The position numbers and the translations under genes are program-made. The notes below the pieces were generated by a model that was not told where the DNA came from, searched no databases, and was given only the letters and a program-made list of their open reading frames with translations. This document shows positions 1 through 13,600 of a stretch of DNA of 64,000 bases, piece after piece (within the stretch, counting starts at the first letter, position 1; every line of letters starts with the position of its first letter). Source of the stretch: Isurus oxyrinchus (Eukaryota); contig JANJGN010000034.1 in the NCBI GenBank assembly GCA_026770705.1, forward strand, positions 15,128,001-15,192,000, in the 5' to 3' direction.

Positions 1-140
1 AGGCGAGTTCAGAGAGGGCATGAGGGGAGATAGCAGAGAAAGTAGAGAAAGATATGAACACAGGCCTAGTGGGCGCTGGGGGTGATAGTGGTGGGGGCAT
101 CAGAGGAGGTTTGGCTTGGTGGGCTTGTGAATGGGAGGGA
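1..140 (-). mobile_element. L2 LINE fragment
   Basis: Homologous to the right end of the L2 at 22735-22865, with the same junction to unique sequence. Confidence 0.5.
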
Positions 141-351
141 ACTGACAGGATTGAAATTGCCCATTCTGTCTTGGTGGATCATCAAACTACATCTAAAGAC
201 ATTTGCATTCAGACTGGAGAGAAGGATGTTTCCAACAGTGAGGGACAATCCTGAAGGAGGATGTAGAAAATTAGACCCAGAGAGAGTAATCTCGGATAGA
301 TCATTGCTCAACTCTGCAAGGTAACATCATTACAAAGAAATTCTAGCAGAT

Positions 352-1411
352 TTTTTTTCTCCATTTAGGGGATGTGGGCGTTGCTGGCTAGGACAGTATT
401 TCTTGCCCATCCTAATTGCCCTTCAGAAGCTGATGATGAGCTGCCTACTTGAACCGCTGCAGTCCCTGTGGTATAGGTGCACCCATTGTGCTGTTAGGAA
501 GGGAGTTCAAGATTTTGACCCAGTGACAGTGAATGAATTGTGATTCCCGGCCAGGATGGTGAGTGGCTTGGAGGGGAACTTCGAGGTGGTGGTCTTCCCA
601 TGTGTCTGCTGCCCTTGCCCTTCTAGATGATAGCAGTCGTGAGTTTGGAAGGTGCTGTCAAAGGAGACATGGTGAGTCCCTGCATTGCTTCTTGTAGATG
701 GTACACACTGTTGCCAATGTTTATCGGTGGTGTTGGGAGTGAATTTTTGTGGATGTGATGCCAATCAAGTGGGCTGCTTTGTCCTGGTCGGTCTCAAGTC
801 TCTTGAGTGTTGTTGGAGCTGCACTCATCCAGGCAAGTGGAGAGTATTCCATCACACTCCTGACTTGTGCTTTGTAAATGGTGGACAGACTTTGGGGAGT
901 CAGGAATTGGATTACTTGCTGCAGGATTCCTAGCCTCTGACCTGCTTTTGTAGCCACAGTATTTAAATGGCTTGTCCAGTTCGGTTTTTCGTAAATGGTA
1001 ACACCCAAGATGTTGATAGTGGGGGATTCAGTGATGGTGATGCAATTGAATGTCAAGGGGTGATGTTAGATACTCTCTTGCTGGAGTTGGTCATTGCCTG
1101 GTATTTGTGTGGCGTGAATGTTACCGGCCACTTGAGCCTAAGCCTGGATATTGTCCAGGTCTTGCTGCATTTGGACATGGACTGCTTCAGTATCTGAAGA
1201 GTCGTGAATAGTGCTGAACATTGTGCAGTCATCAGCAAACATCCCCATTTCATAAATTGTGATGGAAGGAAAGTCATTGAAGAAACAGCTGAAGATAGCT
1301 GGGCTGAGGACTGTACTCTGAGGAACTCCTGCAACGATGTTCTGGAGCTGAGATGATTGACCTCCAACTACCACAACTATCTTCCTTTATGCTAGGAATG
1401 ACTCCAAACAA
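352..1411 (-). mobile_element. 5'-truncated non-LTR retrotransposon (CR1/L2 group), decayed
   Basis: ORFs 1138..1374 (GVPQSTVLSP, FADD) and 721..1056 (IYKAQVRSVMEYSPLAW); same family as 39900-40770. Confidence 0.85.
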
Positions 1412-1539
1412 GAGTTTTAAAATTATTTCTTTTGGGGGTGAGTTCCTGTGCTTTTTAGGAAGGTAAACTTCTAGAAAGTTTCAAATGATTCTTCCGTTCT
1501 GTGTTCTTCCCACACTGCTTTGTCTCACTCTTACTCAGT

Positions 1540-1656
1540 TTATACATTCACATAAACAGGATCATCGGAGAAAACACAGCTTTTGTAAATATCCGAATCT
1601 GTATAAGGATTGACCACGCAGTTAGGTTTCATTTCCAGATACATCTCATCTTTCTT
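1540..1656 (-). CDS. Gene A terminal cytoplasmic exon (KKDEMYLEMKPNCVVNPYTDSDIYKSCVFSDDPVYVNV*)
   Basis: tttctgtttctattacag acceptor; 117 nt to TAA; same length and stop position as the paralog at 47877-47993; ends in Tyr motifs. Confidence 0.82.
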   Translation of the reverse strand, partial: KKDEMYLEMKPNCVVNPYTDSDIYKSCVFSDDPVYVNV

Positions 1657-4600
1657 CTGTAATAGAAACAGAAATGATCAGAGTGACTTTCAGAGTGATC
1701 AGTGTTTAGTATTATTGATCCAAATCGAAAATTCCACCCACATTAGATACATTAGTTATTGATACTGAACGGTGTTTGATTATTGATACTGAACGGGATT
1801 TGATTATTGATACTGAACGTTGTTTGATGATTGATACTGATCGGGGTTTGATTATTGATACTGAACAGTGTTTGATTATTGATACAGAACAGGGTTTGAT
1901 TATTGATACTGAACGGGGTTTGATTATTGATGCTGAATGGCGTTTGATTATTGATGCTGAACGGTGTTTGATTATTGATACTGAATGGGGTTTGATTATC
2001 GATACTGAACAGGGTTTGATTATTGATACTGAACGGGGTTTGATTATTAACACTGAACAGTGTGGGGTTTAATTTTTGATTCTGAATAGGGTTTGATTAT
2101 TGATACTGAACTGGTTTTGATTATTGATACTGGATGGAGTTTGATTATTGATACTGGATGGGGTTTGATTATTGATACTGAACGGGATTTGATTATTGAT
2201 ACTGAATGCGGTTTGATTTTCGATACAGAACAGGATTTGATTGTTGATACTGAACGGGGTTTGATTATTGACACTGAACTGGGTTTGATTATTGATACTG
2301 GATGGGGTTTGCTTATCGATACTGAACACGGTTTGATTATCGATACTGAACAGGGTTTGATTATTGATACTGAACGGGGTTTGATTATTGACACTGAACA
2401 GTGTGGGGTTTAATTTTTGATTTTGAATGGGGTTTGATTATTGATACTGAACTGGGTTTGATTATTGATACTGGATGGGGTTTGATTATTAATACTGAAC
2501 GGTGTTGGATTTGATTATTGATACTGAATGATGTCGAGTTCGATTATTGATACTGAGTGGTGTTGGGTTCAATTATTGGTGAGAGAGTTCCAGATTTGCA
2601 CTCCCCTTTGTGTGAAGAAGTATTTTGACATTATCCATGACCAGTCTCGCTTGAATTCAAAGGTCCTGCCCCCTTTGTTCTGGGCTCCCCACTCACTGGA
2701 AATAGTTTTTATCTTCTCATTGGTCAATTAAGTGAATTCCATTCGTTCCATTACTTACCCAAGACCAGTCCGACTGCTCGCCTGCTGAGTAACTGCCCAC
2801 ACGCTCTGCTTGGACTGAATGACTTCTTCCTGTGCTGCTCCTTCTGTGTATTTAATGAGAAAGGGTTGACATGTCACTCTGAGTCAAATCAGGAATGGAG
2901 GGACACCCCACCTTGAAGGATCTTAGTACTTTGGTATAAGCAAACTATTATCCCTTTGCGTTCTGATGGGCAGTCATGTTTAGAGTGTAAAGCTGGGCAG
3001 TCCTTGATGGAGTTTCTATTCAGTCTCACTTCTGAAGGTGCAGAGGTTCCTCATAACCCTTAGAAAGTGTCAGGGATGGGAGAATGTGTAAGAAGAGAAT
3101 GGAGAGAGTGAATGAAAGGGAGAGCATAAGGGCAGAAAAGAGGGAGTGAATGAGATGGGGAATGAGGAAGAGAAAGAGTGAGGCAGGAGGGGGAGTGTGA
3201 AATCCTAATGCCAGGACCATGGCCATAGTAAATCACATCAAAAACCTTTCTGTGTTCTCACTTGTCAATGCCTTGCTCTTCCATCTGGCAGGAATTATGT
3301 TGGCCATGAGACTGTGTCTACGTGTTATTATATTGTATGGTTATAAGCTTCTTATTTGGTTTGGATAGGAAACAGAGAGTAGGGATAAGAGGGACATTTT
3401 CACGTTGGCAAGCTGTGAATTTTGGAGTGCCACAAGGATCAGTGCTGGGACCTCAGCTATTTACAATCTATATTAATAAATTAGATGAAGAGACAGAGCA
3501 TAATGTATCTAAGTTTTCTGATGATACCGATCTAGGTGGGAATGTAAGCTGTCGGAAGGACACAGAGAGGTTGCAAGGAGATATAGATTGGTTAAATGAG
3601 TGGGCAGTAAGATGGCAGATGGAGTATAATGTGGGCAACTGTATAAGTTGTCACAATGATGTGACTTGTATATCAGTGATAATCATCTCTACTTTCATTG
3701 GCTGATCAAATATATATTGAATGTGCTTTTAAAAAGCAAGCAAAGACACCAATTAAAGATGGCTGCCACAGTCACCTGATGCCTAGTATTACAGGTTGAA
3801 CAGTTTTCTGGAAGGTTCCAATGTGGAATACAATTAAAACATGCCCATAAATTCTGTTATGTAATTCCACACCTACTGAGGTGAAAGACCTCTTTAAAAG
3901 ACTTACTGAAACTGTAATGTACCTGAGATTTGCATTTCTATAAAGCTACCTCTCAAAATATATAGAAAGCCTACTAGGCCAATAACTATGTGGAAAGGTG
4001 TGCTTCCTATCTTATCCAGATGGATATTGGCTTGTTCCGATGTTAATGGCTTAAACATTACAGAATCTAATCACCTCAGCCATGAAACAATAGCCATGGA
4101 CTGTCCAGATATGAGCTAAGCAAATACATTCTGAAATCATTATTGGGAGGAGGTCATTTTACTTGAATAACCATTTTTGAAATTTCTTGTATTAGAACAC
4201 GCAAGCTGCTGAGCACTAGTCTGGAAGAAACTTGCCAATGGGGCAGTAAAACACTCTCTCTCCCCTGCTCTCTCAAGTTCAAGTCCCTATTTCTGTTCTA
4301 GTTTGAAATCCAGTATAGATATAGAGAATTTCCATTGAAAGGAACCTGAGGTGCAAAAATCATTGACTTCAGGAAAAGACAGATTACGTTTTTAAAAAAA
4401 TGACAGAAACAGACTCCAGAAATTGCAGTTTAGATCGGTTTCAACTCCTGAAATCTCAAGAACACCACGGAGAAAAACTTGTCACAGCCACAAATATCAG
4501 CAAAGGATTCATAAACGGGGGACTCTCTACTTTATTTTCCTTTTTGCATTGAACTTTAATTTGATTGGGAAAGTAACTTTCTACCGTTTGACTTGTAATT

Positions 4601-7600
4601 CTGCATGCTGGTGGGTGTGTGTGTGCTATGAAAGTTGAGACACGGGTTTACCTTTTTAAACATTTTTTATATCTTTACCTGCATGGGTTTTTAACTCTTT
4701 GAAAACAAACCCCTTTTTTGTTTCAAGCTCAAGAAAACATGCCAGACTAGTTTCTTTGCAATTAGCACGTAAAAGGTTAAGCACAGACATTGAGTATATA
4801 TCTCGCTAAATTCACAAAAAGAAAATATCCTGTTACTGTCAGGCTTGGAGTGATTGGATAGGGGAGTTAGTCTTACCCTTCCTCCCATGGCCGGAACAAA
4901 GTGAATATTATTTTTAAAGTTTAAAGTGACAATGTTTAAAGAGATTTGGGTGTGCTTGTGCAAGGAACACAGAAAGTTAGCATGCAGGTGCAGCAAGCAA
5001 TTAGGAAGGCAAATGGCATGTTGGCCTTTATTGCAAGGGGATTGGAGTGAGGAATAAAGGAGTCTTACCACAATTGTACAGGACTTTGGCGAGACCACAT
5101 CTGATGTACTGTGTGCAGTTTTGGTCTCCACGTTTAAGACAGGATACACTTGCGTTGGAGGCGGGACAGCAAATATTCACGAAATTAGTCCCTGGCGTGA
5201 GGGGGGTGTCCTATGATGAGAAGCTGAGTAAATTGGGTCTGTCTTCTCTGTAGTTTAGAAGAATGTGAGATGAGCTCTTTGAAACATACACATTTCTGAA
5301 AGGGCTTATTAGGATAGAGGCTGAGAGATTGTTTCTGCTGGTCGGAGAATCTAAAACAGGGGGGCACAGCCTCAGGATAAGGGGCTGATCATTTAGGTCT
5401 GAAATGAGGAGAAATTTCTTCACTCAAAAGATGGTGAATCTTCAGAATTCTCTGTCCCAGAGGGTTGTGGATGCTCCTTCGTTGAATACATTTAAGGCTG
5501 GGATAGGCAGATTTTGGGTCTCTGAGGGAATTAAGGGATACGGGAAGTGGGCGGGACAATGGAGTTGAAGCCCGAGATCAGCCACGATTATAGTGAATGG
5601 CAGAGCAAGCTCGATGGGCTGACTGGTCTACTGCTCTGGTTTCTTGTGTTCTGGCCCTTGCCCTTTGGAAGGTTGGCCCCACCCCCAACCCGTTTTAAGC
5701 ACAAGGATTTTGGAGTGGGGTTGAATCTACTCAGTAAAAGAAGAAAAACTTGCTTTGATATAGCACCTTTCACAACCTCAGGATGTCCCAAAGCACTTTA
5801 CAATCCAGGCTGACACACCCAGTGCCAATACTGAGGGAATACTGAACTGTCGGATGAGACGCTAAAACATGGCCTCCGTCTGCCCTCTCAAAAAGATGTA
5901 AAAGATCTTGTGGATGCTATTAGAAGAAAAGCAAGGGGACTTCTTCCCAGTGTCCTGGGACCAATATTGATCCTTTAAAATCCGGACCTATCCAATGATA
6001 GATTATGTGGCCATTATCATGTTGGTGTTTGTGGGAGCTTGCTGTGCGCAAATTGGCTGCTAGGTTTCCTACATGACAACATTTTAAAAGTTTTTATTCA
6101 TTCATGGAATTGGGGGCATTGCTGGCTAGGCCAGTATTTATTGCCCATCCCTAACTGCCCTTGAGGACTGAGTGTCTTGCTAGGCCATTTTGAAGGATAT
6201 TTAAGAGTCAACCACATTACTGTGGGCCTGGAGTCGCCTGGAGGCCAGGCCGGGTAAGGACAGCAGATTTCCTTCCCTAAGGGACATCAGTGAACCGTAT
6301 GGGTTTTGACGACACTGGTTTCATGCTTACTGTTAGACTTTTAGTTCCAGATTTTTTATTGAATTCAAATTCACCGCCTGCCATGGTGGGATTCAAACCT
6401 GGGTCCCTAGAACTTTACGCTTGGTCTCTGGATTACTAGTCCAGTGTAATTAATTCACTGTAACTTGTGTTGCGACGTTATGAGCTTGTGAAAGGTGCTA
6501 CAGAAATGCCAGTTTTCTTGAAGGCGGGAAGTTTGAGGTAAGAGATGATTGAGATAACTAACCAACCAATTAAACCTTTGCACTTACTTTCTCACACACT
6601 TGAAGATGAAGAATCCACTCAGTCCAACACTCAAACAGATTCCAGCTCCAAGCAATCCTGCTTTCCATTCGTTGGAGGCTGCAGCTGTAAAAATGATCAA
6701 TGAAAGACTCCAGTACAGTTTTAGAATGATTCTCAAGTGTTCATTTTGAACTTGTGAACGACACAATCTGACAGCTAATTGAACAACTTCAGGCTAAGGA
6801 GCAGCTGGATTAATTCAGGTGGCAAGAGAAACTCATGGATGTATCTTTGTGTGTGCGTAGGGATGTGTTTCTGTCTCTGCTTCTTGTGTGTGTGTATGTC
6901 TGTGTGTCTGTGTGCATGTCTGTGTGCGTCTGTGTGTGTGTGTATGTCCGTTTGTGTGGTCTTTGTGCATCTTTGTTTCTGTCTGTCTGTGTAAGTTGTC
7001 ACGACTCACTGGGGATAGTGCGCTGTAATATCGAGTCCCACTGTTCCCCAAGCCGTGACAAATGTGAAAAGTTTGACCAAACCTCCAGATTGCCCCAATT
7101 CTACCTAACTGTTTAATTTAGGATAACAGAATACAAACACCAGGTTTGTAAACTTAATAAGTAAATAACTGTTTATTGAACAAACTGCTATTAACCAGTG
7201 GCACAAGAAAAAAAATATGAACTGCTAAGTTCTAACGCTATAACTTAAACTCTTCCCCTTCTTAAATCCTTATATACGCACATATAAGACACATGGGACA
7301 CACAAAAATATGGATTTTAAGGTTGGGATAAAACAATTCAGGAGTACAGAATTCAATGGGTTGATTTTGATCGATGTCTTCCAAATTCCTTTCAGTTCTT
7401 GTTGGGAACACAAGGTGGTCTCCCAGCACTTTCAGTATTTAGTTCACTGGTTGAGCACTTGTTTTTCAATGTCTCTAACAGTGATTTTCCCCTTTGTCTA
7501 TTCACAAGGGTTTTCAGAGAGAGATCAAGTTATAGAAATATGAGGAAAAAAAGCCAGCTAGCTATTAATGTGAAATTACTGGAATCTCCCACACACAGGA

Positions 7601-10600
7601 GAAATAGGTTTTAGATCTTGTTCCTTTCAGGCTAGGAGCTATTCAGCTGCACTGTCCTCATACAAAACCTGGTCAGGAGCTAATTAAAATGCTGTTGTCA
7701 GGCAGCTCCCTTGATCCAGGACTCCTTTCCAGCACCATCCTGTCTTTCATGGCACACTCTGTTCCAGGACTGCAACATTGTATATATCTCTCACCCTGCC
7801 CCAGTGGACAGGCTTTTCAAACGGCAGCCATTGAAGCTTTAAACCCACAGTCCAACAATAATAAAAAGATATGTTCTTTACAACAGTCCAACGGAATTAA
7901 AAAAAATAACTTACATACAAAGTGCGTATGGCTCTGAGCGTGTGTTTGTGTGCCGGTGTGGGTCAGTACTGAGGGAGTGCTGCACTGTTGGAAAGTCAGT
8001 ATTGTGGCAGCGCTGCACTGTTGGAGGTTCAGTACTGAGGGACTGCTGCACTGTCGGAGGATCAGGACTGAGGGAGTGCTGCACTGTCGGAGGATCAGTA
8101 CTGAGGGAACGATGCATTGTTGGAGGGTCAGGACTGAGGCAGCGCTGCATTGTCGGAGGGTCATACTGAGGGAGCGCTGCATTGTTGGAGCGTCAGTACT
8201 GAGGGAGGGCTGAACTGTCAGAGGGTCAGTACCGAGGGAGTGCTGCACTGTCGGAGGGTCAGTACTGAGGGAGTGGTGCACTCTTCAGAGTGCCGTCTTT
8301 CACATATAACATTAAAATGTGGCACCGACTGCCTTCTGAAGGTAAACAAAAGATCACATGATGCTATTCAAAGCAGAGGTGTTGCTGGTGTCCTGCCCTA
8401 TATTAATTAGTAAATGATATGGCCTGGTCCACACTAGATTGTGCACAGCAAGATGGCAGATAAAGACAACCTAGACTTTTACGGCTAATGTAGAGTGAAG
8501 GACGTATGTACTGAGAAAGAAGAGTGTCTGTACTTACATTGCACAGTTAGTGTGAGGGTCTGCTCCGACGAAACAGATGGATATCTCAATCTGCAGCTGA
8601 GAGTTTGTCCATGGTGTTTGAGTGATGGGATCAGGGTCAGAACAGAAGTATGGATCAGAGTGACACCATGCTGAGTTACAGTGTTTGACACTGATCCAGG
8701 TACGTCAGTGGGAGTGTCCCAGGTTAAGACAGGTGCTGCTGTTCCATTGCACGTTGTGTTGAAGGTGCAGCTTACATCCACACGCTTTCCTGCAATAATT
8801 TCAGCAGGGAATATTGTGGGTTTATCTGTGAAATCTAACAGACAGAGAATGGATCCTTTTAGAGAAATATAACGTGAAGCATCAGTTCAAATAGAAATCA
8901 CAGAGAAAGAACTTTTACAAGGAGGTTCTCAGAAGTGAAAGATTACAACGATCTGGAAAGAATTGCCTATTTTCTGATTAGCGAAATCCTTGAATTGGCC
9001 ATATTGGCATGAAGGTGGAGGGGCAACTCACAACTTGGAGGGAACTCGCTCATTACTGTCTCAGAAATCATTTCCAAATTTAAATTCTATACTGTCTCTG
9101 GCAGGACAGAAAAATTTGAAACAATCACTGAACCATCAGCCAGTCATATATCTCATTGCTTTTTATGAGAGCTTGCTGTGCACCAGTTGGCAGCTGTGTT
9201 TTTCTACATAGCAAGTTATTGCACTTCAACAATTTGTTCATTGACTTTGATTCACTTTGGGATGCCCTCAGGTGGGGAAAGGTGCTACAGAAATGCGAGA
9301 CTTTCTTTATTCAATATGTAAGACTTTTAAACGGGGCTAGAGAGATCTTTGGGATTGATTAGATAATTCTATGTGATTGTGTATCTCTACGTAAGAGAAT
9401 ATATTTTGTTATTTTTATATTTGGTGGCGAGTCTGTCACTGAGCTTAATATACATTCACCCAGAGTCCATTGAATTGACAATAATGGGGTGAGGGTGAAG
9501 GAGCAGCTTACACCTTGGACAGAACTGGCTCATCACTTCCTCAAAAATGAGTTCCAAAGTTCAAATAAACCTATCCCCGTTCAAAACGATCCTTGAACCT
9601 GCACCTAAAACAGATGATCAATTATTTATCTCATTGCTGTTTGTGGGAGCTTGCTGTGCACAAATCAGTTGCTGCATCTCCTACATAAGAACTGTCACTA
9701 CATTTCTAAAGTACTTCATTATCTGTGAAGGGATTTGGATTGTCCGGAGGAGGTGATAGGTGCTATAGAAATGTGAATTTTTCTTTTTCCGATTTGTAAG
9801 ACTTTTAAACAGGGTTAAGGAGATCGATGTGAGTGGATAACCTGATAACATTGATGGACACAGTCAATACATTTAATCACTGATATTAAAGTGACTGTTA
9901 GCGGTTGCTTTAGGACTGAACTGGAAGCTATCACCAGGTTATTGAGAATCAGACAGTGTGTTATAATAAGCTGTGTTTTGTGTTAATATGTAAACGTCAC
10001 AGTTTGTGTTATTTCCCATTGAGTGTTGCATGTGAATTGTTGAGTAATTATAACACAGCACTTACCAGAAACTTTAAGCTGGGTTACAGCAGAGTAGTTG
10101 GAGCTTTTATTGTTGCCAGATCTTATTCTAAAATAATAAGGCCCTGCATCTTCCCGTGTGATGTTGTTTATAATCAGGGAACAGTCACCATCTTTCAGGT
10201 CTCCAGACAGCCGGGTCCGATGGCGGAACCGTGGTAACTCGTGATTGTGATCCTTGGAGTGAAAGGCTACAGATGACCTTCCTCCTTTTTTATTAAACCA
10301 GACTCCATCTCGCGATTGGTTTTTCAAATGTGATGAATAACTGTAATGACATGGAATCTGTACACACGAACCTTCCTGCGCTGTCACCTCTCGTAGAGTG
10401 TTGATTTTCTGCTCACGTGACAGTCCAACTAGGGAGAAAAATATCAATATTTAACACTGGAACTCACCAGGGTTACATCAACAGCATCTCCCTCCCCTTT
10501 GACCTCTCCTAGGGCAGCAATGTGCTGGAATGCCCATCACCTCCTGCTCAGACCCCTTTCTCCCTCAGACATGTACCACCTTTAAAGCATCATCACTGAG

Positions 10601-13600
10601 TCACTAGCTTAGAATTCTCTACCTAAGGATTATGGGATCACATTCATCACACAGAGCGAATCAGTTCAAGCAGATGGTCCACCCTCACCACTTTCGAAAG
10701 GCGACCAGAAATGGTTGAATATTCAAGTATACCACCCCTACTACACAACAATTCCAACGACTATTCCTGCTCTTTCTCCTACCGCTTTGAAGAATTCATT
10801 TATGAGTAATTTATCAAACGGATCTGTTGGGCTGGCTGTGTGACTCACTTACGCATGCTAGAGGCTTCATATGTTGACACACAGGGCCCTGTCCTTTGCA
10901 GACAAAAAGAGCATTCCATGCCTTGCGCCTTTTTCAACTAAACAAAAGCTTTTGGGACAGCCATTCCCTGGTTCATTCCCCAGAGCCACACCTTGATCAG
11001 TCAAGAGTCGACCTGCCTGGTTTGAATTTAAAGAAAAGCTTGGCAGTGAACTGTGCCCTGACGCATTCTGCATGGCAACACCTGCACCAATTAGAGTCCA
11101 GTTGCTAACCAAACAGCACTCTTCTCATGCGGCATAAATTGTTGTGCCCTTTACAACTGGCATTCTTGTGAATTGTCCTGATGGGTGCAAGATGAAAAGC
11201 TTTGACAGCATGTCAGTTTTTTTCAGCAATGCTCAATGTTTAAGATTTTCTGGACTTTCCCCTTGGAAATTACACTGTCTGTTCTCCATTATATTTTCAG
11301 TTTATAAGTATAATTCTGTTGCATATTAAAGTTAAGATTGTCTTTCCTAGACCCCCCCGTCCCCCCTCCCCACTCCCCACAGCATTAACCTGACTGGTCT
11401 ATAATTTGCTTGACTGTTTCAGCCTCCCTTTTTAAATATAAGAATAGCTTGAATTATCTGGCAGTCCTATATGCTATTCCCTTTTCTCATCGATATGTGT
11501 AATAATACCTCTGCTGTCCCTTGATTATTTTAGTTAACCCACTTGTTGGGCAGACTCATCGTCACATTGCCCATCGATCTGGACATCTTTCTGCCTTCAA
11601 ATCTTTTCTCAGTAAATAACATTTCTAAATGTGGTGATAATACGAAGGCAATTCTTCACCTAGTGGAACGCTCCAGTAACCCAATGAATAGAAAGAACTC
11701 CCCAAGGTTTCACAACAGATGGAAGTAAATCCTGGACACAGGAGTGGACAAGTTCATTCTACATTGGCCCATGGTCCTCAGGATCCTCTTTAGTGAAGCC
11801 AGTCTTCCACCCAGCACAGGGTCCACAAGATACACAATTGAGATACATTCAGTGCTGATTTACAAGGCAGGACAATGGAGTAGGAGCCCTCAGAACCCTC
11901 ACCGTTATGACCCAGCAGTTGGTAAAGCTGAGTTATTTAAAAATCCCAGAGGGAAACTTTAAACAAGTGTCGTAACCTATATTTTTCAGTGGTGTGTTTG
12001 AGAGGCAGCTCTAAATTCAGGAATCAGACCACCGGTTCGCCAGAGGTTTATATGAAACTAAATGAAACATTTTATTAAGTTACAAACACAATTAAACACA
12101 TACACATGGCTACAAATTACTACTATAACTTTTAACAAATTCCCAGATTAATCTCCATTAAGGCAACAACAACCTATAGACTTTAAGTAGACATCAGGCA
12201 AAGCATTTTCACCTTAGAAATTCAAAATGAGGTTCCTTTCACTTTCGTTCCTTTGCAGACACAGTGGTAAGTTACAGGCTTTGATATTACATTGCCTCTG
12301 CCCTGCACACTCAAAACTGCTATCAGTTATACCCAGCACATCTCAGTGAATGTAAATTCTCATTTTATCACCAGCCCCTCCACTCCACCTCGTCTAACAA
12401 TAAAGCCCCTTTCTTAGTACCGATTTTATTAGTAATATAAACATTGCTTGGTCTCTGCTAGTTAGCTGCCAGAACTCACTCCCCTTCTTGAATGCTTTAT
12501 TCAACAAAATGCAAATGCACCTTACCTCTCTTAAATCTCAAAACTAGTACACATCAATGCATCCAGACTAGCTAGCTTTAATCCAATTAAGACATACCCA
12601 CAGACTAAACTTCTATTTCTAAACAAAAATTTCCAATAATGTTATATTAATAGTTTCATGACACCCACCATTATCACTGTCATGAATCATTAATTAGCCT
12701 AACCTTCCTGCCTGCTCTTGAGCTGATTGGCTAACCTGAATAAATCTAGTTGGTACAACTTGTGTCTTCATTGTCGAAGGAATCTCTTTGGATCCTCATT
12801 GTCTAAGGAATTATTTCTGATCCAAATCCCATATTGTATTGTTGATTCTGATGCAGTATTGTAGACTGACTTGTCCCCAAGCTCAGCACTGACCCAACTC
12901 CAGCAGGCACTATGAAACGCACTAACAAAGCGCCTCCAGCCTGAGCTGTGCATGTGTCGGAGGTGCCGCTGTATTAGGTTCACAACATTCTCAACACTGC
13001 GCTTTGGTTCAAAATGAACTGGAACCCACATGAAAGGCTGATGAAAATCAGCCCTCATTCTTCTGCAATATTCATGCATTGATGCAGCAAAGAAAGGAAT
13101 TCACTGGCTAGGAAATTATTTCACAGAGCCATAGAGTGAGGCAGTACAGAAAGAGGCCATTCAGTCCATCATGCTTGTGCCAATGCTTTGAAGGAGCAAG
13201 TTCAACAGAAACTTTAGACTGGAAAAAAGAACTTAACAGGCAAGGAGCGGGGGAGAGTTTGATGATTTGGATAAATCTACCAAAGGGCCAACATAGGCAT
13301 GAGGGGCTGAATGGTCTATTTCTTTGCTTTATTATGCTGTGGTTCTATGAATTTTATCTGTAGTAAAGGTAACTACTAATACGAGGGAAGATGATGGCAT
13401 AGTGGTGATGTCACTGAGCTAGTAATCCAGAGATCCAGGCTAATACTCTGGGCACTTGGGTTTGAATCCGACCAAGACAGCTGGTTGAAGCTGAATTCAA
13501 TCTAGAAGTGAAAGCTATGTCTCAGTAATGGTGACCTTGAAACTATTGTTGATTGTGGTAAAAACCCGTCTGGTTCACTGATGTCCTTTAGGAAAGGACA

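Noticed and set aside
1712-2413. Repetitive ORFs (SIIKPRSV / LIIDTE) and CRISPR-like appearance of the 24-bp arrays (also 48054-48671)
   Set aside because: Head-to-tail minisatellite with no unique spacers and no cas genes, in a vertebrate intron; the ORFs arise because the unit is a multiple of 3.
3020-3290. Candidate cytoplasmic exons at ~3030-3060 and ~3240-3285 (paralogous ~49340-49620)
   Set aside because: AG sites exist, but the frames hit stops or lack a matching donor in gene B; the 85-nt exon fits the phases in both genes.
6775-7116. CV/HT-rich ORFs (also 50498-50956)
   Set aside because: (GT)n microsatellite translations.
7817-8281. Cys/His-rich ORFs ([22 protein letters not shown]) here and at 15.0, 51.4, 54.7 and 62.0 kb
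   Set aside because: Translations of the 33-bp minisatellite, not metallothionein or zinc-finger genes.
13385-13475. tRNA gene (A and B boxes)
   Set aside because: No cloverleaf or Pol III terminator; it is the head of a multi-copy SINE.
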